From Amoebophrya sp. A120 (Eukaryota > Protista > Dinoflagellata): 64,000 nucleotides of DNA. Below the pieces are notes generated by a model, which did no database searches, was not told where the DNA came from, and saw only the letters and a program-made list of their open reading frames with translations. Both the position numbers and the translations under genes were made by a program. This document shows positions 10,065 through 24,149 of this stretch, piece after piece. Where the stretch lies: NCBI GenBank assembly GCA_905178155.1, contig CAJINV010000001.1, forward strand, positions 4,426,233 through 4,490,232. Direction: 5' to 3'. The stretch's first letter is position 1, and each line of letters starts with the position of its first letter.

Positions 10065-12775
10065 TTAACTACATGGACGCCGACATACAAAAAAAGCAAA
10101 AGGCGGGATCCCCGGCCCTGCCGAGGCGACAAGCCCAAAAAAGGGCACGAGAAAAAGGCACTCGGGGAAGCGGAAGAACCTTCCCCGCGCCGAAGATATG
10201 CGCGCCTCGACCTGCCTCCATCCCGGCCTGCGCATCAGACAAAGCACAAACGGAAGGTCGGTCGGCCCCCTTCGGCGGCCCTTCAACTCCCCAAAGGCGA
10301 CAACCGAATGCGGCGGCAAGGGCATCTGCGCGCCGATCGCCTGCGGCGACCATGGAACAGGCCCGCAGCGGGCTGGGGCCAGCCAAGGCGTCGGGCCCAG
10401 ACGAAAACGGGGCGACCCGGCTGCGGGCGCACCTTGACGCCCACCCAGGGCGGGCGAAATACGAACGCCGGCGCGCCAATCTTGCCCAAGCGCCCAAGCC
10501 TCCGACGGGGCCCCTTTTCCTGTGCCCTGTTGTTGCAGGAGCGTCTGGTTCGGTTGTCCTGCTCGCCACCAGGTCGAAAGCTGGGCGGGGTGGCGCTGTA
10601 GCGTTGTAGAAGTCGGCCCCCACCAGGTTGACACGCCGCGGGGTCGGCCCGTGGTGAAAATACTCCGGCCCGGCTGAATAGCAACAAGGAGCGGGCGCAC
10701 CCTGTACAGTTCCGAGGGCCAGACGGCGGGCCACTCTGCTGCCTTGGCCTGGTAGTCCGCTGCCCTCGCGCGCCCGCTGCTTGCCCGGCTGGCCCCCTGG
10801 CGCGCAAAACGGCCCGGCGGCCGAAAAATTGGAAGCACCCGCGCGCCCCCCGCTGCTTCTTGGCGCGCCTGCGCAATGGGGCAGGGGCAAAACCCGGGGC
10901 GCCGCGCTTTGTTGCTTCGGCGCCAAGCCGGGCCACTTAACTCAGCCCCCAAAGGCGCTCCAGCGGTAAGTCCTATGAGACACGTCGCCAGCGTCTCGAC
11001 GACTTCTCCCGGGATGCCTCTCTCGAAGGCGGGGCTGGCACGAATCGCGGGGCAGCGCCCCCCTGAAATGCAGCAAAACCAACCGCCCACCACCCCCCCG
11101 GCGATTCGCGGCCGATCGCCAGGCCCCGGGCGCGTCCCCGTTCGTGGCAGGCGGCGGGCGCGCAAAGAAAGGCGCCGAGGGCGGACGCACGCCATCACAT
11201 GCGGCCTGCCGCCGAGGGTGCACGCGCCGACGGCGTCCAACGTTGTTAATCCGATGGCGAAAAAATCTTCTCACAGGAACACCGGCCCGAACGGACCACA
11301 CCCTAAGAAATAACGCACGGAATGTTAAGCGGCCCAGCGTCCTGGGTCGATGGGCGAAATCGTTCGCCGGATTTTGGCCCTAACGCTTTCGGGCCGAAGA
11401 ATCCACTTTTTTTTTGAAATTTTTTAAAATTTTCGAGAAGGGTAGCGGGGTGGCTCTTGGGCCGGGGGCGGGCTGGGGCCCGTCCTGCAGGCTGCACAAG
11501 AAGGCTGGCGGGATTTGGGTCGCTGCCTTCGGTGCTTCGCAATGGGATGAAGCAAAACACAAAGGCGCCACGCCGCACGGGCCCGGTATGCCTCAGGAGC
11601 GCGCGGGAGGCGACGCGCAGGCATGATGGACGTGGCTGCTCGACAACGCGGGCGCTCGGATGCGTTCGAATTGAAGCGAAGAACTTCCTTTGCGTGTGGC
11701 CAAGAAAAATTTCAAAAAAGTTTCGACTTGCCCAAAAAAAATTTGAATTTGGCCGGATAAAATTTCAAGAGGTGCGAAAAATGGCCAAAAAAAATTTCGG
11801 AAAATCGGCCACATTAGCAAAATCCCATTGGTTTTTGCAAATTGGCCACGTTCTAGAATTTTTTTCAAATTTTTTTTGCGCGCCTCTTGATTTTTCCCGG
11901 ATTTTTTTCAAATTTTTTCTGCGATTTTTCCTGGCCAAACCCAAAGAGAAATCTTCTGCGGCGGCAATGCGCCACAAGGGCGCCTCTGCTCCCCGACAGA
12001 AGAAGGCGCAACCCCACACGGATTTGCCACTCTGGGTTCTCATCACCAGCAGCGGAGGCCAAGAGATGTGGACCACCCAAGCGGGCAAATATGCGACACC
12101 TGCGCCCGGCCCTCCTCTGACAAACAGGGGCAAGAACAGACTCGGGAAATGCCTCACATAGGCCAGACCGTCGGGGAAGCAAAAAAATTCAAAAATTTTT
12201 TTTTGTGTTTTTTTTGGATTTTGTTTTTGCGCTATGTGGATTTTCCGAAATTTTTTGCGTTAGGGTGGAAATCCTGCGAAAAATCGGGCCCAAAATCTTG
12301 AAGGCAGGCCCCCCCCGGGTGGGGGCCTTGGCGGCCGCCTCGCCCTGTTTGCCCCGAAGGAACACGCTGCGCGCCCGCCCCAGCGGCACAGGGCAACGGC
12401 GAAAGGACTGCGGGGGCCCCCGTGTCTTCCTCCGCCAATAGGCTGCGCGCGAGGATGCGGAGCATTGCCATGCCCATGCATCCCAGAAACCCCGCGGCGG
12501 CGAAGTTTGGGCCTCCGGGGAACGACTGCGCAGGGGCAGCGCTGAAGTGCATCGCGGTCCGCTCCATTGATTTGGGCCCGCGTCCCCCGCGGCCTGCGCT
12601 GCGCAGCGGCGCCCTGGATAGCGAGCGCCACGACCTCGCGCGGCGAGGCGCGCAGCTGGGGCGCTGTAAGCCGTGGCCCATCCTCAGGCCCGCACCACCA
12701 ACGGCGCCCCGGCATGCCGTGGCTCCGCCACCTCTTCTGCATTTCTGTAAGAAGGGGGTAGGCCATGCCCTGCGT
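10065..12775. other. anomalous GC-rich, homopolymer-biased block with A/T-run islands; probably a garbled gene
   Basis: Abrupt composition change with few TA dinucleotides, many G/C runs and A/T tracts at about 11400-11435, 11700-11935 and 12180-12300. Long ORFs in many frames, none clearly protein-like. Confidence 0.6.
11698..11936. repeat. imperfect foldback (~240 bp inverted repeat)
   Basis: Paired segments GGCCAAGAAAAAT / ATTTTTCCTGGCC, TCAAGAGGTGCG / CGCGCCTCTTGA and GCAAAA / TTTTGC. Confidence 0.7.
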
Positions 12776-12777
12776 CC

Positions 12778-15548
12778 TCAGCCTAACCAGTTCAGCTGAA
12801 AAACGAACACACGCGGTCTCACTAATGCAAGCGGAACACTGGCTAGATCTTGTTCGGCTTCCGCCAGTTCAAAAATGTTACTCATTGAACAGATAAGTCC
12901 TAATTTCTGGACTTCTTCCCTAATGTGGTCTCGACCGTAATTAAGTGCCAACAATATGTATGTCGCGCACCCTTCAGGACACCTTCCTTGTTATGTTGCT
13001 CTTCCTCAGGATAAATTACAATTCAATTTAGTAACTTCGAGATCGCGTTTGCTTGCATCTGTGGATTTCCAAAATGCTGTCAGCCCTTTGCCACCGGCAC
13101 CTTCAACCACAAAAGCTGTAGTTCCTGATGTTTCCCATCCTTCATCTTCTGAACCGCGTCCACCAGCGTTTGGTACTCAAAAACAGTTTTTACTTTCTTC
13201 TCTGCCTCCACAAAGGAATTCTGCGCCTCCTGCACAACATTTCCCTTGAGCAACACCACGCCCAAGTTGAACCAAAGTGTAAATTCGTCCGGATGTAGTG
13301 ACAAAGCTTGCTGCAGCAAGTCTACCACCCGCTGCAGACCCGTTTGGCCGCCTTGAGGGAGTTTGTCCGGTGAAGAGGTAGCCAGATGGAAAATCCCGAG
13401 CGCCAGGGAATTGTACACGTATGCGAAGTTAGGATTCATCAGCTGTAACGCCTCTTCTAGTATGGGCACCGCTTCGTCGTAGGCACCTACGCAGGAGAGG
13501 GCGTATCCAAAATCATTGTTGAGGAGAAACTGATTGTGGTCGCCAAAGCCAATGCCGTGACCTGGAGGGAATTTTCGAATTTGAGTGCAACATGAATCAC
13601 TATCACATACATCACTTCGACCTAATCAATTAACATCACTGTAAGCGCCCAAAAATCGTCAAACAGTGTCTCTGAGTACGTGATAGATGTCATTGTACCG
13701 TTATTGATCTTGATGAAAATTTTCAGCCCGGATTCGCAGTCGCCTTTCTCTAGGTGTATCCTGGCCATGCAGTAATCAGACATGGCGTTGTCGTCAAATA
13801 CGTCCAATGCTTTTTGGTAGTAATCCAGCGCCAGATCGTGGTCTCCTCGCGCCTGCAGCAAAACCGCGAATTGGTGCAACACCTTCGCACTGCGCGGCTG
13901 CCACTTCGAGGCCTTCGCGTCCTTCTCGAACAGTACCTCCTTGCTGCGCCAGTGGGTTGTCCGGATGTACGCGACGTACATGAAGTACACCAAATACACC
14001 ACCTTCGCGAAGCAGAGCACCGAAACCGAATGCCCGACCACGTGCGAGGTTGGTTTCACTGGCCTTCGGCCTTCGCCACTGTTTGCGATTCGTTGCGGTA
14101 ACCCGCGGCCAAGAGTCGCTGTCAAAATCCTCCGCAAGAGCAGCGGCGCGAGGTTTTCTGGCGAAAGCAGGCGGACGACCAGCAAGCAGCTGCCCACTGT
14201 GATTGGGTAGAGGAGTCGTTCCCCTATCGTTGTTCCGACCAGGAAAAAAAGATTACTTGCGGGAACGAAGGGCACTACTATCATCGCGGCAGCGAAGTAG
14301 TCAGTCACGATGTTTTCGTTCTGCACCATCAGGGCGACTTGCTGGTTTGCAGTTAGCAGGGGAGGGGTATTTGTTCCTTCTGCTGCCGTACTACTCCCGT
14401 CCCCCTCTCCTCCAGACTCGGCCGCGGACGCAGTGGATGATGAAGGTGTGCTACAATTGTAGAGCAAATCGCCGTATTTTCTCGCCCTTCTCCTCTTCAA
14501 GACATCCCCCTCCACTTCGGGCGTCCTTCTGGGTATCACCCGAAAGAACATGCCGACGAGGAAAGCGTAGGCAGAAAGGATCCCCATTACCCGCAGGTCC
14601 CATTGCTTCTGAAATAGCAACGGTAGACTGTCGTAGCTGTAGTCCCAACTGAGGTTCCAGGGAAAGATGAGAAGTTGCCCGTAGATTTGGTGGTGCAGCA
14701 AGTAGCTCCAAAACCTGACCTGAATGTCGTCTTGGTACCGGACCGGCGTATCGACGTACCCAAAGTCCGCGTGGGTGCCCTGGACATAAGCGGACCGGAG
14801 AGCGAAGACGACGAGAAAAAGACCGAGGAAACCAATTCCACGGAACCATTTTTTCTGCACCAGACACAGGAAGGCGACGAGAATCGGAAGGGTGAAACCT
14901 GTAGTGGTTTGGTTCGAGTTGTAGTGCATGACAGAGGCTCATGCAAAGACAAGGTAGACAAAGTAACTCTGGAAGCTTCTGTCCTGAAACTCCTCTAATA
15001 ATACCTGTTTCCTTGCACAGCCCACTGAGCACGGTGCACACCGCTACCCGGAGAAAGTTTTCTGAGTCCGCACCGAGCACGAAGAACAGCGTTGCGGCCG
15101 AATCCGCTCGGCCCACGAGGTAGACTATGTTCTCCACGTGCACGGGGTGGACGGCGAAGAGGTACGCCGCGAAGACGTTGTGCCGGAAGAACCAGCATCG
15201 CTTCACGACCAAACACGTGAGCGTGTGGATCAAACAGTTGATAAACCGCAAACTCGGTAACGGGTCGTCTGGGAAGAGGCAATACGACAATCGAAAGCTG
15301 TACGTGATCAGCGGTCGGTAACTCTTGTGCGTCCAGTGGATGCCGTCCGTCGGCCAGAGATCCTGGCCCCAGAAGTCGTGGATGAGCACGTCGTACCAAG
15401 TTGACTTCGAAAGGTCGGCAACATCTTGGTTCCTGGTTACCGCAAACCCCTCGTCAATGTAATTGTCACGGAAAAAGATACACGCGTAAAAAGGTAGAGT
15501 GAGAAGAACAATGATAGCGTCCGTGTTTTGCCACGAGGACAGCAGCAT
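12778..15548 (-). CDS. TMTC-family protein O-mannosyltransferase (DUF1736 + TPR), multi-exon
   Basis: Motifs DE..AV..N.DV, HDFWG, HKSYRPL, LFAVHPVHVENI...VGRAD, KETG, LSWDYS, PFVPASNLFFLVGTTIGERLLY, followed by TPRs. GT-AG intron at about 13562-13698. Last exon (about 12778-13006) is tentative. Confidence 0.9.
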
Positions 15549-16046
15549 GGTATCGGGCTTATGGGCAGGCAGAAGAACAAGCAGAGAGGTACTGTCACTA
15601 GGTTTCTGGCTTGAGGTGCCACCTTCTGAGGAGGTTCCGACTCTTCTTGTAAAGCTCGTTTACACGCTTACGGGGAAAAAAAACAATTCGTTGTACTTAC
15701 TGTACATGATCTTCACGTCAACCCGTCCGAAGATAAAACGACGGGCGAAGGGGATTTCAAAGAAAGAGAAAGCGCGAACAATGAATTTATCTGGAATAAA
15801 AACTGGTGGAGAATGGGATCGCAAATCAGACCGACAAGATGATCACGATGACCGAGAGTCCGACACAGATTCACTTCCGCACACGTCGATAGGCGTAGAG
15901 AAGGAGCTGCAAGCAGCTCCTGGAGACTAGTCATCGCAATCGCGCGAAAGCAGTTTGCATGCATTCTTTCATTTCGTGCAAGAACTTAATTCTGTGTCGC
16001 CGATGAAATAATTCTAGTTCGGCACGCCGCCACCTTCGATTTGCTC

Positions 16047-19000
16047 TCAGCTGACGTGAAAATCTCTGACCTGATTCAAGATCTCCACCGCGTGCCGCAA
16101 GGTCTTCAGGTTTTCCTTCCCCCGGATCCGTCGCTCCTTGATGTCATTCGCTTCTAACAGTAGATGCTGAAACAGCTCGGGCTTGTAGAGCTGCGCGACG
16201 CATTCACGCTGCAGCACGTCCTTCGCCGTGTTGACCATGAAGTACATGACCGACTTCGGCACTGCGTCCACGATATTCTTTTTCACGATTCCGTAGTAGC
16301 TCGCAATCAGCGTCTTGATGATGTTGATCTCAACCCGCTCCCGGTCAGACAAATCGTCCGAAGGGTAGACCGTGCAGGGCATCTGCGGCAGGCGAATGCT
16401 GCTGCTCCCGCCGAGCTCACCCAAATGGTGCACCGGGTTGCTCTGGTTGTGGCTGGAGAGGCAGGCGTTTCCTCGGGCAGACGACGCGACGAGGTCCAGC
16501 GCGCCGTTCATGGTTCCGCCGGGGGTGGCGGAAAATTGGTGCTCCCTTGCTACCCTGGCTGCCGTCGTAGACGTCGCGGAGGAGCCCTTGAGGAAGCTGA
16601 AAAACCCACCGGATTCCGGCTCCTTTTCCAAAACGGGCGTGGACAAGCCGTGCTCGCGGTAGTGCGCTGCAGCATGACCGCCAGACGCGAGATCGCGAAT
16701 GGCACCGCCGGCGGCAGCCTGTCGTTATTTGAGAGAAATTTCATTTTAACAACCGACGTCGTTTTATGAGTGCATCCATGCACAACTTGCTTTTCGATTC
16801 AGTCTGCTCTGAGCTTCGAAATTTATATTTTCCTGAACAACAAACACAAATTACCGTCGGTTCCCGCGGCGGTGGTGGTGGATACGTTCCGCCGTGTGCT
16901 CCACCCACAGGCCCGCTGCTTGGTGTTGAATTTGCGTACCCGTGGCCGAGTGAAGTTTGTATTGCGTTGCTGCCGCCGATGAAATCCGGGTGGTTGGTGT
17001 TGATGTAGGCCAACTCGATTTGAACCAGGTTGATAATCATCTGGTTCGTCGGCTGCAGGCACTTCTTGAGCACCCCCCGCACCACTTCGAAAATGGAATC
17101 GCGGAGATTCACAAAACGGCGCATTTCGGGCACTTCGCACTCGACCACGATGCGCTGCAGCTCCTCGAAGACGTGGTCGATGCACTGCAGGCACGGCTCT
17201 TCCAGCTTTTCGATCTGCTTCTTCACCTGGAGTGTTTATGCATGCATCTACTTCCCGCACCGATGAAATGAGACAAAACTACCTACTCAACATGTCACAA
17301 GGAATAGGATTAGAATGGATCTCATCCGCATGAGTTTGCTTCATTCTTGTTACCAAGAGCTCAAACGCTGCTTCCGGGACGAAGAGCACTGCTTTTGGGC
17401 CGGTAGCGTTGCGGATCGCCGTGCGGATTTCGCCGTCGCTCAGACCATGGAAGCAATCGAAATCTTGTATGGTGCCGGCAAAGATTTCGTGGAAAATGTG
17501 ATGCAGTCGCGCTCCACCCGCAAGCTGGTCGCCGTTCTTCAGCCGCTTCCCGTCAATGCTGTTTTAGAGCGAGATTGCAAATCAATTTGCACTTTCGGAG
17601 AAAGAACCTGACCGGACCCGAACACAACTAAGGCAAACGCTAAAACAGACACTGCTCAATCGACGTCAACCAATCCTGGTACCTGTCGCAGAAGTTCCTT
17701 GTGAACTTTGAAAACAGGTGCAGCAACAACGCGCCCTGCGAGCTTCCGTCCTTCTCAAACAGCGGATCGCCGTAGGACTGGAGTTCAGCTTCAGTTTCGT
17801 GAATGCTCCGCATCAGCCGCGTCTTCAGGTCCGGGATCGTGTCCCGGATGTGGTACATGAGGCGGCGATTCAGGAGTTTCGAGAGGTAGGGGACACCACA
17901 GCGGTGGTTCATGTTGCGGTAGGACGGGTGTTGCCGGAAAAACGTTGCTTCCTCGCTGAGCGCTTCCTGTATAGTTGGACGAGTCCATTTCTTACTTTGC
18001 TGTGCAATGCAAACCAGACCTAGTACCAGAATCTTTGTCAAAGGGAAATGGAGGACGAGGCGATCTTCCGTAATAGTAGAACACATGTACATACTCTTGC
18101 TATACCTTTATGCTCTTTGCGTTATTCGTTGTGTCCTTTGCGTTTCGGCATCTGACGCCGACGTACCCTTGTCGCAACGGGACGATTCGTCCCTCCAACA
18201 TGTCGATGGCGTCGGTTCCCTCGTCCATCAGATCGCACTTGGTCACAACGCCGACGGTCCGCTCACCGTCAGGGTCCACTTCTCTGGCCAGCGCCAACGC
18301 GTCCGAATTCGCCAGGTCCGTGTTCGCTGCGTGCACGGCTAGCACGATGCAGTTGGGCTTTCGGATGTAGTTCAGAATCAGCTCCCGTATTCGCGTTTCG
18401 ATGTCCGCGGGCTGCTCCCCCACGGGAACCTTGGTCGTGCCCGGCAGATCCACAAGCGTCAGATCGATCACGTGCGGGCTGAAAATCTTCAACTGGATGG
18501 GCTGCGCCGACACGCCCTTGTTTTTCCCGCTGATACGGTCGGTTTCGCGCTCGATCTCTCGCCGGATTTGGTTAAAATCCTCAAACACCTGGTCCGGCGC
18601 GTGGCTGAAAATCCCGTACTCCTCCGGCATAGAAGACGCCGCGCCATGCTTGCTCCTGCTCGACGAACTGGAGGAAGAGGAGGAATTGTGTGTACTATTC
18701 CCGCGCGAAGAAACGTGGTCGACCAAAATACCGTCGGTGGTCTTGTTCGAAGACGACCGGGAATTCGCACTACCATGATCCTTGCTGCTGCTCGATGTGC
18801 CGGAGTTCGTTGAACTAGAGGAAGTGCTGTTGTTGTTTGTGTTCCCACCAGACCGTCGGTTGTTGTGCAACTGCAGAATCAGTGGCCGTCTCGTAACGAT
18901 CCCCTGTCCCCGCGGCAAGAAATCCCGGCCGACAATACTTTCCAGCACGCTGCTTTTGCCCACCGATTGGCCCCCGATGACAGCGATTTGCGGCAAGTCG

Positions 19001-19071
19001 ACTTCGACGTGGAAACCGACGCTCAGAAAGACATCGTGGAGCTGGTTAATCACCTCAATCAGGTTCTCCAT
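16047..19071 (-). CDS. dynamin-related GTPase (Drp1/Vps1-like), about 5 exons
   Basis: [49 protein letters not shown], middle domain GGARL..IF and [30 protein letters not shown]. Confidence 0.95.
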
Positions 19072-20005
19072 CTTGGGGAAGAATGGACGGCGGGAAGCAA
19101 TATTGACGCGACGTCTTTGATGTGCTTACTTTCCGAGGAGCAAGCTGGGTTGGCAACAAAGGCGAATTTGGGAGTTTGTGGCCGTATTGCGCATGTTTGT
19201 TTCAGGTCTGACGTGGCTAAAAAATTGGCGCGGCACGTTCACGACTCAAATACCATCAATTGCTATGCGATACAGTCGACAAAAATCTAGAAGGATAGCA
19301 CTATGGCTAATTCAACAGCATTCATATGATGAGAATCGGTGGAGTGATAGTTTGTAAATCCAAGTTCGTCTACACAAAGGTAGCAATCCTGCGATCTTCA
19401 TTTTGTCGACATCGCTACTGCGAGAACTGATCACGCAAAGAAAAATCAGGGAGCCACTGAACCGCGCAAGAACAGCTCCAACTCGGTTCCTGCTGAACAA
19501 ACTGAGAAACGAACAGCTGCAGTACGTGCACAAATTTTCGTGCGTATCTTTAGAAAGCTGCCCCGGTCATGCCGCGAATGAAGCGAACACATCGCGATGC
19601 GGATGTTCTTCCGCTCAGACAAAGCTCATGTCTTTGTCAAAGACTGCAATAAAATTCTAACGACGAGTTGTATCGAATAACTTGCTTCTCGTTGCTTCCC
19701 GCCCTTGTTGCGAAGCAAGAAGTTCCCGCTCTCCTCCTTCTGAGCTTGCCTGTTCTCCTCTGGAATGAGTCGCGCGACCGCGAGGTTCACTTACGGTGGA
19801 TAGGAATGAGTACCACAAACTGGTAAAAATTTGCCGCTCTTTGTCAAACAAAGTTCAGCTTAAACATTACGGTACGTACATTGGTCACAATATTATGCTA
19901 TCGCTGCGTAGTACATTTGATACTTATCTGGAGAACCGACCTTTTCCATCACGTTGTCGTCACCGTCTTCGGACACTGGTGCCGAATCGTTCAATAGTCT
20001 GAGTC

Positions 20006-23000
20006 TTAATACGAATACCCGGACGAGTAGCCGTTGCGATAATCATCATAACGATCATCATCATCATAATGTCGATCGTCGGCGTCCCAGCCTAATGTTG
20101 AAATGTTGTCCCCTTGCCCTTCATTCGTGAATGCAAAAGAGGACGATGAAGAAACATCGCTGTCGTTTCCCATGACTGGTCGCTTCGAGACGGAGTTGCT
20201 TTCAACCTTTACCTTTTCCTTTTCCACAACATTCTCCGAAATAACGATAGTGAACTGGAGCTGCGAGGCTACATCTTCTGGCTGAAGAGATTCACGCTCG
20301 ATCGGCTGCGGTGTGTTCGATTCTTCGTCAGTGAGTTGCTGTTTCTCCTCATCAAAGTCAACCACTTCACCAAATTCTGATGTTGCAGCCGCGGAATTTA
20401 CTGTTTTTTGTTTCTGTACCTGCGCAGCGTAATCGTAGAAGTCCGTGAAAGTTCGCAAATCCGGATCCAATCCCGCAACCAGCTCCGCAGGAATGAAATT
20501 CCAGTACGGCGAGCAAGACCGAACCACGCGGTTCTGAGGGTCTTTCGTCCACGGGAACACATTGGCTTCGATGTGAGAAAGGTCCTTCACGGAACCGTTG
20601 TTGTCAGCCAGTTCTTGTTCGTTTTTCTTATCTTTCAGAATGGGGATCCACGGGTTCTTGATGCTGGTCACTGTTCCTGTTTGTCCGCACTTCACCTCTC
20701 GATCACCCTCGCCACTGCCGCCTTCCGTACTGGCGCACGGCGTGGCCCCGGCTGATGTCTCAACTACCGCCTCCGGTTCCGCGCCATCGGCAAACGAGGA
20801 GCAGAGAAACCGCCAAAGGTTTTTGTAGACCAAAGGCGTAGTATCGATCTCGCAACCCCGTGACAAGGACCGCAGTAGGTCCCAAGGAATATCCGTCGAA
20901 GTTAGTTCAGGGAAAGTACATCTGATCCAGTTCACTCGCTGCACAGCTAAGGCCTTGCGTTGCTCCAATAGGTCGGCAAACCTGTTATTTCATACGCAGC
21001 ATATCCTAAAAGAAATCCGTAACGGAAGCGGAAGTGCATTGTGATTTTGAGTTATCACAAAGACTAACACCATTCCAGAGATACTATACAGAACCGAAAG
21101 CAAAGCGCAAAAAAAAGTATCACAAATCAGTACTCAGCGGCAGCAGAAATCTTCATTCGCTTCTCCTCTTTACGGTCGTGATTGCCACGTACGGATGATT
21201 TTTTAAGTTTTTCAACATTCCTCTCGCGCAGGCTTAACAACTCGATTCCGGATCGCTGCCAATCCTCCGGCTCGATGAACATTGCATAGCAATGCTCCGG
21301 GAAGGACACCGCCTCGACCTCCTTGTTCTTCGCCTGTTGTATTCGTCTGGCCAAGGTGCAGTGGCCTTCATCGGACTTATCGACTGCCGCTGTGGGCAAA
21401 AGCACGTAGCCGACAATCGCGCGCTCACAACTTCGTCGGTTGCCGTCTTCCTCGTTGATGTCCTCCGACTGGCGCACATCAAGACACGCATAGCATCGCA
21501 TTACAGCGTCTTCTTCTTCTTGTTTCGCTACGTCCGTCATACGAGACACACTCGACCCGCTGTTCGATTTCGGCACGCCGTTCTGTGGTAGCAGATTTCC
21601 GGGAGAGTAGGACTCTCGCACGACATTTACTAAGAGAGCTCGCGCACTTGAACCCATTGGGACGCATCTCCATCCATCGACATTTTTTCCATATCCGAGT
21701 TTGAAAATATCTCCGGTTTTCAGCTGTCTAACATCGTCAAACTTTTCCATCTCTTGCCGCTTCTTCCTAATACCCAGTACTACTTCCCTAGCTGCTTCCC
21801 TCGTTAGACCCTCCATTCTCATCAACAAGTTCACTTCTTGATCTTCGGACTTGGTTAACGTCTCCTTCTCCGCTCCAGCGGAGCTCAACTGGCTAACAGT
21901 TTTTCCTGAGCTCTCGTTGGTCGGCGAGTGGTAGCCTACTGCGTCATCCATCTCCGACACGTACACCACTTCCCAAAGCTTCTGTATCAAACTATCCCGC
22001 AGCAGCCACATATTCAACAAGCCAGCCGTGAGTAGACTTGCGACAACGAAGCCACCGCCACGTTTGAGCAGATCTTTGTGCGCGTGGTAGTGGTTGTTCT
22101 TGAAAGCTTTTTCATCTAGAAAAGCTCTCACCGTATTCATGACGCGTCTCTGCTGAGTGTCCCAATATGGATCCAAAGCCGCCTCTGGTGGAGTATGCCC
22201 CCATCCTCCGACGCTGTCTTTTGCGCGCGGCGCGAACTCCGACAAGGGGATGACTTGACTGAACTTCTTTCTGCGATGACAATTCTTATCGCCTCGCCCA
22301 AGAAGCAGCCGCTCAAACGCAGTCGTGAGCATCCACTCGAGGTGCAAAGCAGCGAAGTGCTGAAGTTCCAGATGCAACGTCATCTCATGTTCGGCTGGAT
22401 CAAGAGGATGCGCTCCGAGAAGTCGTTTCGTATCGATGGCACCGTATTCCGATTCGGTTTTGTGCAGTGGTGAGTCCTCGTCTGAAAACGTTTCCGATTG
22501 GTGCCGTGCCCTACGTAGCTCGGTGACATTTTTATTCTGTTTCTGAAGCAAGCGTTTGATAACGCTAGGCGACGTCTTGGACATTTGGAAAAACAGGTCT
22601 CCTCCCACTGTCCGCACTTCAATTGATAACTGCGGCTGGGCCCGTTTCAAGTGCTCCCGCATAAGCCCCTCTGCCTTCTCCAGGCGGTGGGAGAATTTCC
22701 CGCCGATCCGCTTCCACAACTTCTTGATGCGATCAATCTCGTAGGCGTACGCGCAGCCCGACCTATCTTTTCTTGCTCTCTTCAGCCGCTGGAAAGCACT
22801 TTTACTACAGTACGAGTACCTTGTACAAATCTGCGGCGCGACGTCCAGGAACTTGTCCAACTCGGCCTGGGCTTCTTGCCGCCTGCTCTTCGAAAAAGTC
22901 TCACTCTGTTCGTATTCTCGAACAGCCGCGTCGAATTTGTCGAACTGGCAGTCGATCACGACCTGATCGCGATGCAAGCGGTAAAGCTTGGCTTCTTCTT

Positions 23001-23517
23001 TCTTTTCCACTTCCGAGCTTCCGCTTTGTTGATCACCACGTTTCTCGTCCGAAGGTGTCATCAGATCCGATGGATTTCTTCTGCTGGAAGACGTTGCTGC
23101 ATCTCTAGAATTCTTGCGATGAGCCTTGTTGCGTTCATCTCTCGCACCTTTCTTTTTCGAAGGTTGGTCACCTGCTCCCCGTTGCTTTCTGTAGCTTTGG
23201 TCAATATCGTCTTCTTCATCAGCGCCACAATAAGGAAAATTTTTCATGAACTTTGTCGTTTTAAAGTTTGGAAGCTCGGAGTTCGCTGCGTGCCACAATT
23301 CGTCAAACGTCTGCAAACCGCGGATCTGATGAAAATTTTCTGGTGTGATTAGGACACCGCCGCGCTCACCGATTGGCAATTGCCGCAAAAAACTACCCGG
23401 CTCGATTGTCCTGCTGCTCTTGCGACCCTCTGGTCCGTCCGGCTTGGCAGAGCAGGGCATTTCCCGAATGGGGCCCCCTTCTAAAGCTGCTTCTTCGATA
23501 CGCTGGGCGGTCGACAT
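20006..23517 (-). CDS. large hypothetical protein (~1120 aa, 2 exons)
   Basis: ORFs of 796 aa and 320 aa join in frame via GT-AG intron 20982-21133 (AAAE-FADLLEQRK). No family recognised. Confidence 0.7.
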
Positions 23518-24149
23518 GGCTTTATTAGCTCTTTTTTATCAGTGTCACAACTACAATGATCGTTCTGAAAGAACAAGATTTCTACTGTGTACTATCTCTA
23601 TCACTCGATACAGTTGAACCATCGACCAGATATTTTTGATGAATGTAAAAAAGCTTGAGCTCCACTAGAAGTTTGCTGCAGCATGTCGCTTCCAAATGCC
23701 TTCTGTTGTGAAAAATGCCGACCAGCATCGCCTTCGATGTAATGAAAGTACATGTGAAACAGAGCGGATCTTCACAAAACGTCGACACAGAGAAACGATC
23801 GATCTTGCCAAGGTCAAACGTGACATCGCGAGGATCACCCACATCTTTCTTGCTTCTTATCTAGTATATGGGGCACGCTCTTTGGCGTTCAAACCAGTAG
23901 CTCCTGGAAGTGGAACATTAACACTTTACAAGACACCCGCTGCTTTCTGCACTTGGCGGCCTTGCCCCTCTTCATACATTCAAATTCCATGAAAGAACTG
24001 CGTATCAGATAAATATGTTCACACTCTGTTGCCAAGTTCATCAGAGACCTGACCGCTCCAGGTAATTCGCGTCGACTATTCAAAGATTCGGACTGTCGAT
24101 CCGTGCGTGGTAACTACGAATCAATCCTTGTCCGGAACATAATTTCTGC

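Noticed and set aside
10044-12792. ACCAGTT direct repeat flanking the anomalous block as a possible TSD
   Set aside because: No convincing TIR or LTR, the right copy lies in the probable last TMTC exon, and a 7-mer match can arise by chance.
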